This document shows, one piece after another, positions 21,883 to 33,186 of a stretch of DNA of 64,000 nucleotides. Source of the DNA: Hyaloraphidium curvatum SAG 235-1 (lineage: Eukaryota; Fungi; Monoblepharomycota); NCBI GenBank assembly GCA_025558095.1, contig JAIVFI010000004.1, positions 124,001-188,000 of the forward strand. The letters are read 5' to 3'. The notes beneath the pieces were generated by a model. The model was not told the DNA's origin, did no database searches, and worked only from the letters and a program-made list of their open reading frames with translations. Each line of letters opens with the position of its first letter. Position 1 is the first letter of the stretch. The position numbers and the translations under genes are program-made.

Positions 21883-22956
21883 ATGGCGCCGCGCCGCACG
21901 CACCGCGCCCGCGCCCGCGCCGCCCCGCTCCCTGCCCCGCGCCCCCGCAACGCGCCCTCCGCCTGCCCCAAATCCAACGAATGCCACGGCTGCGACGCCG
22001 CCCTCGCCAAGTGCAGCAGTGCCCCGCCGCTGCCCGTGCTCGCGGTGCCCGCCGCCGGCAAGCCCGGCCTCGCCGTCAGGGTGGTGCTCGGCACCGGCGC
22101 CGGCGGCACCCTCCTCCTGGGCCGCGAGGCCGACGACAAGACGGACTGCCTCGTCGCCGCGCACTTCAAGGCCGGGCACATGGACCGCCTGCGGCACGAG
22201 GGCACCTGCACAAAGTGCCGCGGGCGCATGTGCCTGTACCTCTGTCCCTTTGCCGTGCCCGCAGTCAGGCCGCTGCGCTGCCGCTCCTGCCACCCCGCCG
22301 ACGGCGACTCCAGGCTCGCGAGGGGCCAGTGCGACACATCGGGCAACGCCGTCGCGCACCTGGTCGGCGAGGCGCACTGCGGGCGCAAGCACTACCGCTG
22401 CGGTGCATGCGGGTCGACGAGCACCACCAGGAACAACTTCCTCAGGCACGCCGCGGGGAGGGCGCACAGGGAGGCCATGGGGGAGGTGAGGTGGAGGGTG
22501 GTCTCCGACCGCGTGGTCCCCGCGCCCCGGGAGGAACCGGTGGAGTTCTTCGTCGACGAGTCGGACGACGCCAGCGATCCCGGGTGGCCCCTCGAGGGCG
22601 CCGGACCCACCTCGCTCGAAGCCGGCGACCACCTGCCCCCGGTCCTCCACCTCCCCTGCGACATGTCTCTCTCCCTTCCGGACGCCCCGCTCGTCCCCAC
22701 CCTCGCCAAGGACTCCGCCGACTCCCTCCCCTCCTTCATCCCTGCCGCTCTCCCCCTCCCGCTCCCCCCCCTCGTCACCGAGAACCCCACCCCCGACCTC
22801 GAGTTTCTCCGCGCCGAGCTCGGCGACGGCTGCATCCGCGCGCTGCTCGCCGCCGCCCCCGCCTGCGACGCGTTCGACGAGTTCATCCGCATGCCCGGGG
22901 GGGAGGAGGAGGAGTCGGTGCTGCCGGACGCGGAGCCGAGCGGGCTGTACGACTGA
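21883..22956 (+). CDS. Cys/His-rich zinc-finger protein, paralog 2 (inverted copy of 18668-19687)
   Basis: Same start MAPRRT, identical GTLLLGREADDK and HLVGEAHCGRKHYRC blocks, same end PDAEPSGLYD. Confidence 0.75.
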   Translation: MAPRRTHRARARAAPLPAPRPRNAPSACPKSNECHGCDAALAKCSSAPPLPVLAVPAAGKPGLAVRVVLGTGAGGTLLLGREADDKTDCLVAAHFKAGHMDRLRHEGTCTKCRGRMCLYLCPFAVPAVRPLRCRSCHPADGDSRLARGQCDTSGNAVAHLVGEAHCGRKHYRCGACGSTSTTRNNFLRHAAGRAHREAMGEVRWRVVSDRVVPAPREEPVEFFVDESDDASDPGWPLEGAGPTSLEAGDHLPPVLHLPCDMSLSLPDAPLVPTLAKDSADSLPSFIPAALPLPLPPLVTENPTPDLEFLRAELGDGCIRALLAAAPACDAFDEFIRMPGGEEEESVLPDAEPSGLYD

Positions 22957-23337
22957 ACAGGGACATGCGCTCGGCGGGAGGGACGTGGGATATACGAACG
23001 CACGCATGGAAGCAGCCGTAGCGCGTCGCATGTCGTAGTTGCATAAGCATGTACTCGCATCGTTGTTCCGAAATCAATGCTCAGAATCCGAAGCGCCGCC
23101 TCGTCCGTCCCGGTCACGATCCCTCTTCCAGAGCAGCACGCGACGACCAGCACTGCGCGGCAGCCGCGGCGGCGAACGGACAAAAGCGAACAAAGAAAGC
23201 GTGCGCGCCCGGAAACGAGACTACGGCACAGTTTAGCCAGCCAGCGTCCTTGCCGCACCGCACCCGCCCTTGTGCAGGTCTGGTCAGGTGGCGCTGCGGC
23301 AGATTATTCCACCCCTCTGCCCCCGTTCCCCTGTCCC

Positions 23338-24798
23338 ATGGCATCCCCCGATGCCGCCGCGTGTGCCGTGCCCGTCTCCACGCCGTCGCCGCCCGCCCCG
23401 CCGGCGCGGCGCCGCGAGCTCGCCACGGACCTGAGCCGCGCCTTCCTCTCGCACGGCGGCTCGCTGTTTGGCGACGCGGCGGTGTTCGTGGCGATGGCCG
23501 CGGCGCTGCGGGTGCCCGGCGAGTTTGCCTTCGCCTCGGGCGGCGTGCTGCTGGTGCGGTTCTTCAAGGTGGACGGCGACCCGGGATGGGCTCCAGCGCA
23601 GGCGGCGCCGGACAAGGACGAGGGCGGAGAGGCAGCACGCTTTGCCCGCGAGCACCTCGAAACCCGCTTCCTGGCCACCACCCGCGCATTCGACCTCCGT
23701 CGCCTGGACCGCGTCACGGTCCTCATCGACGACGTCCTCGCCGGCGCCGGCGGCCCCGCAGGCCAGCCGCCAGAGTCCGAGGCCTACATCGACGCCATCC
23801 GCACCCGCCTGGACGACATCGCTAAGCTCCCGCCGCAGGTCCCCGCGTGGGCAAAGGACTGGCTCGTCCTGCCCTTGATCAGCTGCGGCATGGCGGCCAT
23901 GTTCTACAACGGCCCCTGGATCTCGTGCGTGCTCGCCCTGCCGCTGGGCTACGTGCAGAGCATCGTGAAGCACGCCATCAACGGCGGCAACCCCGTGCTG
24001 TCGCACCTCTACGGCTTCCTCACCGCGGCCGTGGTCGGCCTCCTCTCGGGATGCATCGTGGGTTCGGGGACCTTTGCCAACCAGGGCGTATGTTTCGGCA
24101 CCATTGGCCTCGCCGGAGTCGTGTGGTGCATCCCCGGGATCCCGCTGGTGCTATCGACGATGCAGCTGGCCTCGGCCGACGTCAGCATGGGCACCTCCAA
24201 CCTCGCCTTTGCGATCCTCACGGTTTTCCTCCTGGGCTTCGGCCTCGAATTCGGCCTGGAACTCTCGCTCCTGTTCGATCTCCCCGCCAAGCCGCAGCCC
24301 AACTGCGTCCCCGCGCAGGTCAACGGCTTCTGGTTCTTCCTCCTCTTCCCCCTCATTGGCATCCTGCACTGCATGGCCCTGGAGGTTCACTGGCCGTTGG
24401 GGTACCTCGTCACCGTACCGCCCGCCGGGCTCGCGTTCGGCGCGTGGTACGCGCTCCAGCTCATCCCGAGCATCAACAACGCCGGCGTCACGGGGTTCGG
24501 CTTCGTGCTCATGGTCGCCTCGGCCGCCGCATGCCTCCCCGCCTTCATCTACGCCCGCCTCACCCGCCATTCGGCCTTTCCCATCGTCTACATGGCGTTC
24601 CAGTTCATCGTCCCCGGCGGGCTCTCGCTCAAGCAGGCCCTGTCGGACTTTGGTTCGGCGGCGGGGTTCACGGGGGGCGAGTTCGCGGCCAAGGTGCTCG
24701 CCGGGGCGCTGGGGACGACGGTGGGCGCGTTCCTCGCGCACGCGGCGGTGTGGCCGAGGGTGGGGAATGGAGGGTGGAAGCCGGAGCCGTATCGGTGA
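23338..24798 (+). CDS. Threonine/serine exporter family (ThrE / Prm10-like) membrane protein
   Basis: FDLRRLDRV, about 10 TM segments, GVVWCIPGIPLVLSTMQLAS and FIVPGGLS (the paired PG motifs of ThrE); intronless. Confidence 0.75.
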   Translation: MASPDAAACAVPVSTPSPPAPPARRRELATDLSRAFLSHGGSLFGDAAVFVAMAAALRVPGEFAFASGGVLLVRFFKVDGDPGWAPAQAAPDKDEGGEAARFAREHLETRFLATTRAFDLRRLDRVTVLIDDVLAGAGGPAGQPPESEAYIDAIRTRLDDIAKLPPQVPAWAKDWLVLPLISCGMAAMFYNGPWISCVLALPLGYVQSIVKHAINGGNPVLSHLYGFLTAAVVGLLSGCIVGSGTFANQGVCFGTIGLAGVVWCIPGIPLVLSTMQLASADVSMGTSNLAFAILTVFLLGFGLEFGLELSLLFDLPAKPQPNCVPAQVNGFWFFLLFPLIGILHCMALEVHWPLGYLVTVPPAGLAFGAWYALQLIPSINNAGVTGFGFVLMVASAAACLPAFIYARLTRHSAFPIVYMAFQFIVPGGLSLKQALSDFGSAAGFTGGEFAAKVLAGALGTTVGAFLAHAAVWPRVGNGGWKPEPYR

Positions 24799-25402
24799 TG
24801 GGTGGCGGTAGGGGGTGATCTATGTAATGGCAGTGGATACACCGGCGAACACACTTTCGTTTCCGGCTGTGGCTAGATGATCAGACGTCCGGCCGGGGAG
24901 CGGACGACGCTGAGGAGGGGGCTGTGGACTGGCCAGGGACGATCAGGCGGTTGATGACGAAGCGGACGCGGATGATATGATTGGGTTGCACCAAGACTTT
25001 GACGGAATCGCTCTGCTGACGACTCTCCGCAGGGGGTTCTTGTGCAGATACCGAATATTACTAGACGGGCACAACTTTGAGGGACCAGCGCAGGGACGGG
25101 CGAAGGGACCGCCGCAGCCTCGCTCCCCACATCGGGCAGAGACCTGTCGCTGAAGTTGTGCAGCGCCCCGCAGAATCTTCCTTTGCCGTGTTTACGAACC
25201 ATTCCAGCCGCTGTGGTTCTGCGGCACTCGTTGGGGCACTCGCGTCCCTCGCTCCCCCACGACCCCCAGGGACCGCGCTCACGCCGGGCAGCACTCGGAC
25301 TTTGACGTTACGGGTACACGGTCGTTTGCCGACTGCCCGGAGCCCCGCGACTGCCTTGGAGCCCACGCCGGGCCGGTCAAGGTCCCCCCTGACTCACGCA
25401 CC

Positions 25403-26464
25403 ATGTGCACGGGCATCCGCCTGATCGCCAGCAACGGCGACGTCGTCTATGCCAGGACTCTCGAGTTCGACACTCCGCTCCCGGCCGCTCTCAGCTACGT
25501 GCCGCGCGGGCAGTCGTTCGTGGGCGTGACTGCGTCGGGCGAGGACGGCCGCAAGTGGAAGAATGCCCACGCCTTTGGCGGTTCTGTCTTCAAGAGCGAG
25601 ATGAACGGGGTCAACATTGACGGCGGCGACGATGGCATGAACGAGCACGGACTCGTGTGCGGCATCTTCAATCTCCCGGGCTTCACCGAGTTCACGCGGG
25701 TCACTGACGCCAACCGCGACAAGTGCATCGCCATCTGGCAGGTGGTTCCGTACATTCTCGGCAACTTCAAGACGTGCGCGGAAGTTCGCAAGGCGGTTGC
25801 CGAGTCCGACTTTGTCGTGGCGGACACTCTCTTCCCGTTCCCCGGCACCCCCGCAATCCTCCCCAATCACTGCCGGGTGGGCGATGCGTCAGGTGACACC
25901 ATCGTGCTCGAGTGGCACAAGGCGGGCGAATTGCCCCAGGTGTACCACTCCGAGACGGGCGTCATCACGAATAGCCCCGATTACCAGTGGCAGGTGAACA
26001 ACTGGAACCGCTTCAAGCACCTGTCACCGTACAACCCGTCGGGCCCCATCCATCCGGGCTCGCAGGATTACAAGCTGACAATGGGCAACGGCTACGTGGG
26101 CATGCCCGGCGGCAGCAACCCGCCCGACCGCTTCGTGCGCGCGTCGCTGTACGCCCGCGACACCTACCCCGGCGAGGACGGCGAGAGCGCCGTGTGGATC
26201 GCCTGGCACGTCATGAACCTGTTTGACATCCCGCCGGGGGTCATGCGCAACATCGAGGCCGAGACCAAGACCGAGAGCACCGAGTACAATCTCTGGACCT
26301 GCATTGCGGACACCAAGAACTTTGTCTACTACTTCCGCGGCTTCTACGACAACGGCATTTTCGAAATCGACTTCAAGAAGATGGACGCAACGGGCCCGAA
26401 GCGGCTGCAGTCGATGGCCGCGGCCGGCAAGGCGAGGCGCACGATCCCGGTTTTCACAGCCTGA
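25403..26464 (+). CDS. Choloylglycine hydrolase / penicillin V acylase family Ntn-hydrolase
   Basis: N-terminal MCTG (Cys2 nucleophile), YARTLEF, DGMNEHGL, GVITNSP, GMPGGSNPPDRFVRA; intronless. Confidence 0.9.
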   Translation: MCTGIRLIASNGDVVYARTLEFDTPLPAALSYVPRGQSFVGVTASGEDGRKWKNAHAFGGSVFKSEMNGVNIDGGDDGMNEHGLVCGIFNLPGFTEFTRVTDANRDKCIAIWQVVPYILGNFKTCAEVRKAVAESDFVVADTLFPFPGTPAILPNHCRVGDASGDTIVLEWHKAGELPQVYHSETGVITNSPDYQWQVNNWNRFKHLSPYNPSGPIHPGSQDYKLTMGNGYVGMPGGSNPPDRFVRASLYARDTYPGEDGESAVWIAWHVMNLFDIPPGVMRNIEAETKTESTEYNLWTCIADTKNFVYYFRGFYDNGIFEIDFKKMDATGPKRLQSMAAAGKARRTIPVFTA

Positions 26465-26627
26465 ACCCGATGCGGCTCAATTAAGGACGGGACGCACAAC
26501 ACAGTGCTGCGTGCGAAGGTGGAGCATCCACTGTGTGGTAAATGTAACGCATTCTTGCACTAATGAAGAAATAGCACAACGACAAAGATCTGACAAAGCT
26601 CTACATTTCTTGTCCCACGCCTCCCCA

Positions 26628-29600
26628 TCACCGCACCGACATCTGCGCCGTCTGCTTCCTCGGCAGCGGCGCCTTGGCGTACTGCCCCGCCTGCTGCGTC
26701 GCTGGATACGGCTGCTGCTGCGCAGGCGGTGGATACGTCCCCTGCGCCGGCGGGGCCTGGTAGTACGCCGGTGCAGGTGCAGGCTGGTACGGCACCGCGA
26801 CCCTGGGCGCCGGCCCCGTGCGCGGGGCGGGTGCCGATCCCCCGCCGGACTTGGGAGCGGCGGGCATGCCGAGGTAGGAGGAGTACGAGGAGAGGGGCGA
26901 ATCCGGGGCGGGGGAGGTGACCCGCGCGGCGGGCGGGGAGGAGACCGGCGCGGGCTGGGGGATCTCGACGGTCGGCGCGGAAGCGGTTGGCGTCGGCAAC
27001 GTGACGGTGATGGGCTCCATGGCGGGCGCGGGGTTCGACAGCTGCTGCACCGGCATGCTCGGCGGCGCCACGTTCACCGGAGGGGGGATCGAAGCCCGCT
27101 GCGGCACCTGGACGGCCAGGTTCGGCTTGGTCGACTGTCCCAGCGGCATCGGGGGCGGCACCGACGATGCCTGGGCTGCGTCGGCCGCCGTCGTCTTGCC
27201 GACGTCCCGGGCCTGCGCCTCGTTCTCGGCGGCGAGCTGGTCCAGCACCCGGTTCAGGTTGCCCGCGCTCTCGGCCGACTGCCTCAGCTTCTCGTGCTTC
27301 TGCTGCAGCGCGCTGAGCGTCCGGGCGATCCGCGCTTCCTCCTGGTCGTCCATCTCTTCGAGCGACCGCTTGAGCCCCTCGAACTCGGCCTTCATCCGGG
27401 CCAGCAGCTGCGACTTGGCCTTGCGCCGCTGGCGCTCCCGCAGGACCTGGTCCTGGAGCTGCTGCTGCAGGAGCTGCTTGCTCTCGAGAGACTGCTGCAG
27501 CCGCACGATCTCGGCCTGCATCTGCGACGCCGCCTCGGCCGCCCGAACGCCCTCGCGCAGCTGCAGGGAAAAGGCCTCGAGCTGGGACTGGAGCTCCGCG
27601 TTCTGCCGCAGGATCGCCGCCGCCTGCTGCTCCATCGCCGATGCCTGCTGCTGCAGCGCGGCGTTCTCCTTGCGCGCGGCCTCCTTCTCCTTGTCCAGCG
27701 ACTCCAGCTGGCGGATGCCGACCTCCCGCTCCTTGAGCAAAGCATCCTTGTCCTTCAACACCGAATCCTTGTCCTTGAGCGCCGCATCCGCGGCCACGGC
27801 CGCAGCATCGCGCTCCTTGACGGCCGCGTCCTTCTCCTTGGCTATCGCCACGTTGGCGGTCCGGAGGGCCTCGATCTCCTTCTGCGCCGCGGCGTGCTGA
27901 GCCTGGAGTGCTTCCAACTGCTGACCCAGCGCCATGGCCTGCTGCTGCAACGGCCCTGCTTCGGCCACGAGCTGGTCCTGAAGCAGACCAACCTGCTTGT
28001 TCAGGTCCTCGAGCAGCATTTCGCTGAAACGCACGGCACGAATCAGCAAAATGACGTCCCACTCGTTCGCACCAGACTCACTTGGAGGCGTTGCTCTGCT
28101 GCTCCTTTGCCAGCTCCCGCTGGGCGTCCAGCAGAGCCCTTTGCGCCTCGTCCACCTTGCCCTGGAGCGCCGCCATCTGGGCCTTGAGCTTCTCCGCGTC
28201 CGCCGCGATGCCGTTCTTGGCCTGCTTGGCGGCCGCAAGCTCGTTGCCGCGCGCGTCGAACTCGTCCTTGAGCGCCGCCACGGCCGGGATGGTCAGCAAG
28301 GCCGCCCCTCCGTCCCGGAGCTCCTTAAGCTGCGCCTTGAGCGACTCCTCCGACACGCGCAGGGCCTCGCAACGCTCCTGCAGCGCGTTCAGGGCGCCCT
28401 CCAGGTCCACCACCCGCGCGATCGCCGCCTCCGCCTCGGGCCTCTTGGCTTCGATCGCCCGCAGCCGCTCCTCGACCTGCTTGGCCACCTCGAGCCGCTT
28501 GGTCAGGTCCGCAATCTTCTCCTGGTCCGACGTCCGGGCGGCCGACAGCGCAACCATTTGTGCCGACAGCTCGCGGATCCGGGTCCCGCTCTCCGACTCC
28601 AGCTTGGCCTGCTCCGACTGCAGTTCGACGATGCGGGCTTCCAGCACCTTCTTCTCGGCCTTGAGCGCCTCATTGGCCTTGATCCGGTCGTCGAGGCTCT
28701 TCTTGCTGTCCGCAGCCGTCTTGGCCAGCGCGGCCTCGCGGATCTCGGCCTCCTTGAGCGCCTTCTCCGCGGCCTTCTGCTGCTCCTGCAGGCTCTTCTG
28801 CATGGCCGCGAGCTTCTCCTCCGCGGTCGCGAGCGCCTTCTTCTGCTCCACCCGCTCCTGCTCCGACTTGGCCTGGAGCTCCGTGAGCTGCTTGGCGAGC
28901 TGATTACCCCTCGCCACAGCTGCCGCCCCGGCCTTGTCGAGCTCCACCATCTTGGCCATGACGATCTTGTCCTCGGCCTCACCGCGCGCGATCCGGGCCT
29001 GCAGCGCCGCCTTCTCCCGCTCGAGCTCCGCGATCTTGGCCTCGGTGGCCATACGCTGAGGCTCCTGGACTCCAGGTCGGGGCAGCGACAGCGACCGTGA
29101 GGCCACGCTCTGAACCGAAAGCCGAGACTGGTCCTGCGACAGGGCCTGCATCGCGTTGAGACGCGCTTGGAGCTCCGCGATCCGGCCCGAGGTCTCCCGC
29201 TCCGCTTCAAACGCCGCGCGCTCTGTCTGGGCCAGCTGGGCATTGAGCCGGGCAATCTCCGCGTCCTTGGCAGCCACGGCTTCGGCGACGGCGGCCAGGG
29301 CCGCGACCTTGGCCACGCTCGCGTCTCTCTGGTTCTGCGCCTCACCGAGCTGGTTCGTGAGGGCGGCAATTTCCTGGGCATGCTGCTGCTGCAGCTCCAA
29401 AACTTGGACGTCGAGGGTGGCGATCCTGGCCTGCGACTGCTGGAGCTCGGTTTGCAGCGAGGCCATCTGGCTCCGCAGGCTTTCCAGCTCGGCCGTCTTC
29501 TCGGCTTCCGCGCCGCCGGCGCTCTGAACCTGCCCGCGCAGCTGTTCCAGTTCGGTCTCCAACTGCACAGCCTTCGCCAGCTTCGTCTCGAGCTCCCCCA

Positions 29601-32600
29601 CCCTGGCCGTCCGAGTCTCGAGCTGGCCCTCAAGCTCGTTGATCGAGCTCTGCAGCTGCTCGTTGAGCATAGACACCTGTGCCACCTTGGCCTGCAGCTT
29701 GCCCATCTCCTCGTCTCGCTCGCGACGGCTTTCGTCGTCCTTGACCAGGTTCTCGCCGAGCCTCGACGCCTCCTGGAGCTTGGCTTCCATTTGGGCAAAC
29801 TCGTCCTCGCGCGCGCGGCGTGCTTCCTCGGCCCGTTTCAGCGCGGCGCGGGATGCGCTCAGCTCCTCGGCCGTCTTGGCGACTTCGATCCGCAGTGCCT
29901 CGAGCTCCTCCGACGCGGCCGCTGTGGCAGAGACCTCGTCCGACTCCGGCGGCACGGCTTGAGCTTCGCCCATCCGCTCCGCAAGGCGGGCAGCCGCCGC
30001 AGCAGCACGAAGCCGCTCGACTTCCGCCTCGAGTTCGGCAACACGGCTGTCGCTCGAGGGAGCTGCACCGGATTCCCCGCCCTGTGTCCCGGCCTGCAGC
30101 CTCTCCACCTCGGCGAGGAGCTGCGCGATCCGCTCGTCGGCCTCGCGCAATCTCTCCGTCTCCGCTTCGTCCAGCACCGGTGCCTCCGCCCGCTCCCTCA
30201 GGTTCGCGAGCTCGGCTTCCAGCTCCGCGATCCGTGCCTCGGCCCGCTCGGAGGCATCGGGATCCGATTGCGGAACGCGGTTCGCGGTAGCCTCCGCCCT
30301 GAGCTCTTCGACTTCGGCATGCAGCTCCGCAATGCGTTGTTCTGCCGCCCGAGCCGCCTCGCCGTCGGTCGAAATGCCGCCCTGCAAAACGCTGGCCGCG
30401 GCGGCATCCGTCCTCAGCCGCTCCACCTCCCCGAGGAGCTCTGCGATCCTCGTCTCGGCCTCGTGCAGCTTCTCCGCGTCGCCCTCGGAGCCCCTCGCGG
30501 CGGCGGCGGCGGCCCGCAAGGAAACCACCTCGTCCTGCAGCTGTGCGGCCCGCGCGTCGGCCTCGCCAAGACCCTTGAGCGCGTCGTCGAGCGCCTTCTG
30601 CAGCTGGCCCAAGCGCGCGTCCATGGCCCGAGAGGCCTCCGCCTTGACCCGTTCCAGCTCCTCCTGCAGCCTCGCCACCCGCCTGTCGTTGCCCGTGACC
30701 CCGGCCGCCGACGACTCGCTCGGGATCGGTGGAAGGGAGGGCGAAGACTGCCCCTCGGGCACGCCGGGCAGGCTCCGCGCGTTGCTGAAGGTCGACCCGA
30801 CGAGGCTGGGCGACTTGGCCAGGAACGCCATGGGCGTCGGCTCAGCATCCGGGTTTTCCATGAAGGCCTTGAGCTGCTCCCTCGCCTCGCGCATCATCGT
30901 CTCGATCTGGAGCTCCTTGGCCCGGAGCATCTTCTGCGCCTTGGCGAGCTCGGCCTCGAGCTGCGTCGGGTCCCTGCGCGGGCCGCCCTCGCCGCTGCGG
31001 ATGCTCTCCAGCTCCGCCTCGAGCTCGGCGGTCCGTGCCTTGGCGGCCTCCAGCTGCCCCTCGAGCTCCTTGCGCGCCTTTTCCTTGGCCTTGAGCTCGG
31101 ACCGCATGTTGCTCCGCTCGAGCTTGATGGCGCGGAGCTCGTCCTCCTTCTCCACAAGCTGCTTGTGCGCCAGCACCAAGTCCGACTGCACCTTGCGGAG
31201 CTCCTCGACGAAGGGCGCCAGCGATTCCTCCTTCTGCCGCTCCAGTGCCGACGAGGTCTCGCTCTCATCCTCGTCCGAGTTGTGGCCCGTGGAAAGCGCG
31301 TTGAGGTTGTTGGCGGTGAAGGTCTGGAAGCCCGCAAACTCGAGCCGTGCGGCCTCCCCGGCCTCGCCCGGCCGCCGCATCAGGGCCGCGAGGCGCTGCT
31401 TGTACGCCTCGTTCCTCGTCTTGAGGTAGGCGATCTTGCCGTTGAGCTCGTCGATCGTGTGCTCGGCGGCCTCGGTCTGCCGCTCGAGGAGCGAAAGCAC
31501 CCGGTTGAGCTGCTGGATGTTGTCGCGCTCCTGCTCCAGCTCGCCCTCGCGCTCCAGCACCCGCTTGCGCATCTCCTCGACCTCGGCGCGGCTCTTGAGG
31601 TCCTGCTCCCGGGTCACCTTGACGTTGCGCTCCAGCTCCTCAACCGTCTTGAGCAGCCCGCCCAGCTCGCCCTTCCATGTCCGGATCTGCTTGGACAGCT
31701 CGTCCCGCTCCCCGGTCCGCGTCTTGAGCGCGGCCTCCAGGCTCGACACCTTTTCCAGCGCCGTCGAGAGCTGCTGCTGCGTCTGGTTGAGCTCCGACTC
31801 GGCCTTGAGCGCCCGCGAGCGGATGGCCTCAACGCTGTAGGTCCGGCCGAGCGAGGCAAAGGGGCCGCGGCTCTTGGTGCCCTCCTCGACCCCTCCGGGC
31901 GTCATGGGCCGAACGGGATAGTCGTCTTCCGCGGTCACCGCGCGGACCATGTCGGGCGGAACGAGGCCGGTGGGGAGTGCCTTGGTGTTGTTGGGGAGGG
32001 AGGCGAACATGGCCTGCTTCATCTTGAATGGCACCAGCGAAGGGGACGGGATGGCGGCCGGCACCTCGGGCGGCTCGAGCTGGTTCGGGGTGTCGGGTCC
32101 GCGCTCGCCGGGGCCGTCGGGGCCGAGGTTCGGGAGCGGCACGACGTCGAGCCCGGCCTCCTGCAGCGTCATGGCCTGCGAGGCGATGCGGACCTCGAGT
32201 TCGGCGAGGCGGCGCGACATGTGGCGCTTCTCGGCGACCAGCGTGTCGCGCGCTTTCCTGAAAGGCGGGCGCTTGGCGGTCAGGCAACCCGACGTCGCGA
32301 TGGGCGCGGCCGCCCACTCACTTGATCTCCTCGAACTCGTAGTTGACGCCCCGCAGCTCCTCCTCCTTGTCCTCAAGCTTCTTCGCCGTCTTGGCCAGCT
32401 TCTCCTCCAGGCCCTTGACGCGGATGTTCCACTCGTGCTCGTCGCGCAGCGACTTGTCGAGCGCGGTGCGGAGCTGCTTCTTTGTGCGCTCGAGCTCCTC
32501 CTCGGTCGTCTCCAGGTTCGCCTCCAGCTCGGCGTTCTGCTTCTGCAGGTCGTCGACCCACTGCGTGAGCACACCATTCCTGTTCTCCAGCTCCGTGTAC

Positions 32601-32959
32601 TCCTTCGTCAGCAGCTCCTCGGCCTCTGTGGGCAGCGGGCCGGGCAGCACGCCCGACAGCTGGCGCGGCAGCGACGACGAGAACTGGTTGTTCGACACCA
32701 GCGACGAGATCGTGCCCGACATGCGGCGGCCCAGCGAGCCCGATCGGGTCAGCGAGTCGTGGCCGCGCGGCAGCGAGTCTGTCGTTGAGCGCGGCAGCGA
32801 GCCGTGGCCGGCCGGGAGCCCCGGCAGCGCGCGGCTGAGCGATCCCATGCCGCCCGGCACGCGCGGCAGCGACCGCTGGTAGTCGAGCGGCGTCTGCAGC
32901 GTGTGCGAGCGGCTGCGGATCGCCGCGTTGAACGACGTGACGTTCTGCGGGTCGCCCAT
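26628..32959 (-). CDS. Very large coiled-coil protein (about 2000 aa) with Pro/Gln-rich C-terminus; introns 32258-32321 and 28024-28081
   Basis: ORFs 32318-32959, 28078-32577 and 26628-28238 are joined in phase by GTGAGT..CTGA(C/T)..CAG introns; continuous heptad E/K/L/A/Q composition. Confidence 0.8.
30000..30480 (-). repeat. Five degenerate coding repeats (A[ED]xRIAEL.AEVERLR) spaced about 31-37 aa apart within the coiled-coil gene
   Basis: AETRIAELLGEVERLR, AEQRIAELHAEVEELR, AEARIAELEAELANLR, ADERIAQLLAEVERLQ, SDSRVAELEAEVERLR. Confidence 0.7.
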
Positions 32960-33186
32960 CGCCGCACTCCGCTATCGACGGCGAATCTCGCGGGGGCGAC
33001 CTAAATCGCGCCTAGGCAGCCCGTAGCGGGCATCATCGAGGGGCGCCGGGTGCTTCCGGCGCGGTTCGGGAGGGGGGGATGTCGTAGGGAAACGGCGGGC
33101 GGTGCTCAAGCAGGGACGTCCGCAGTCGATTTCCGTCATCATATGCCAACAGGCTCCGGCAAGCCGGAAACTACAAAGAAACATCA

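Noticed and set aside
18668-22956. DNA transposon with long terminal inverted repeats
   Set aside because: The inverted similarity is diverged and mostly limited to coding sequence; no transposase motif, sharp termini or target-site duplication seen.
24820-25400. Possible ncRNA or tRNA in longer intergenic gaps (also 4000-4900, 13750-14230, 61530-61850)
   Set aside because: No cloverleaf, box motifs or convincing long hairpin found by eye; a covariance-model search would be needed.
29167-32325. 1052 aa plus-strand ORF and many other long overlapping ORFs (e.g. 26223-28187, 55396-57156)
   Set aside because: These are antisense or alternate-frame shadows of real genes in high-GC DNA, Arg/Gly/Pro- or Leu-rich with no motifs.
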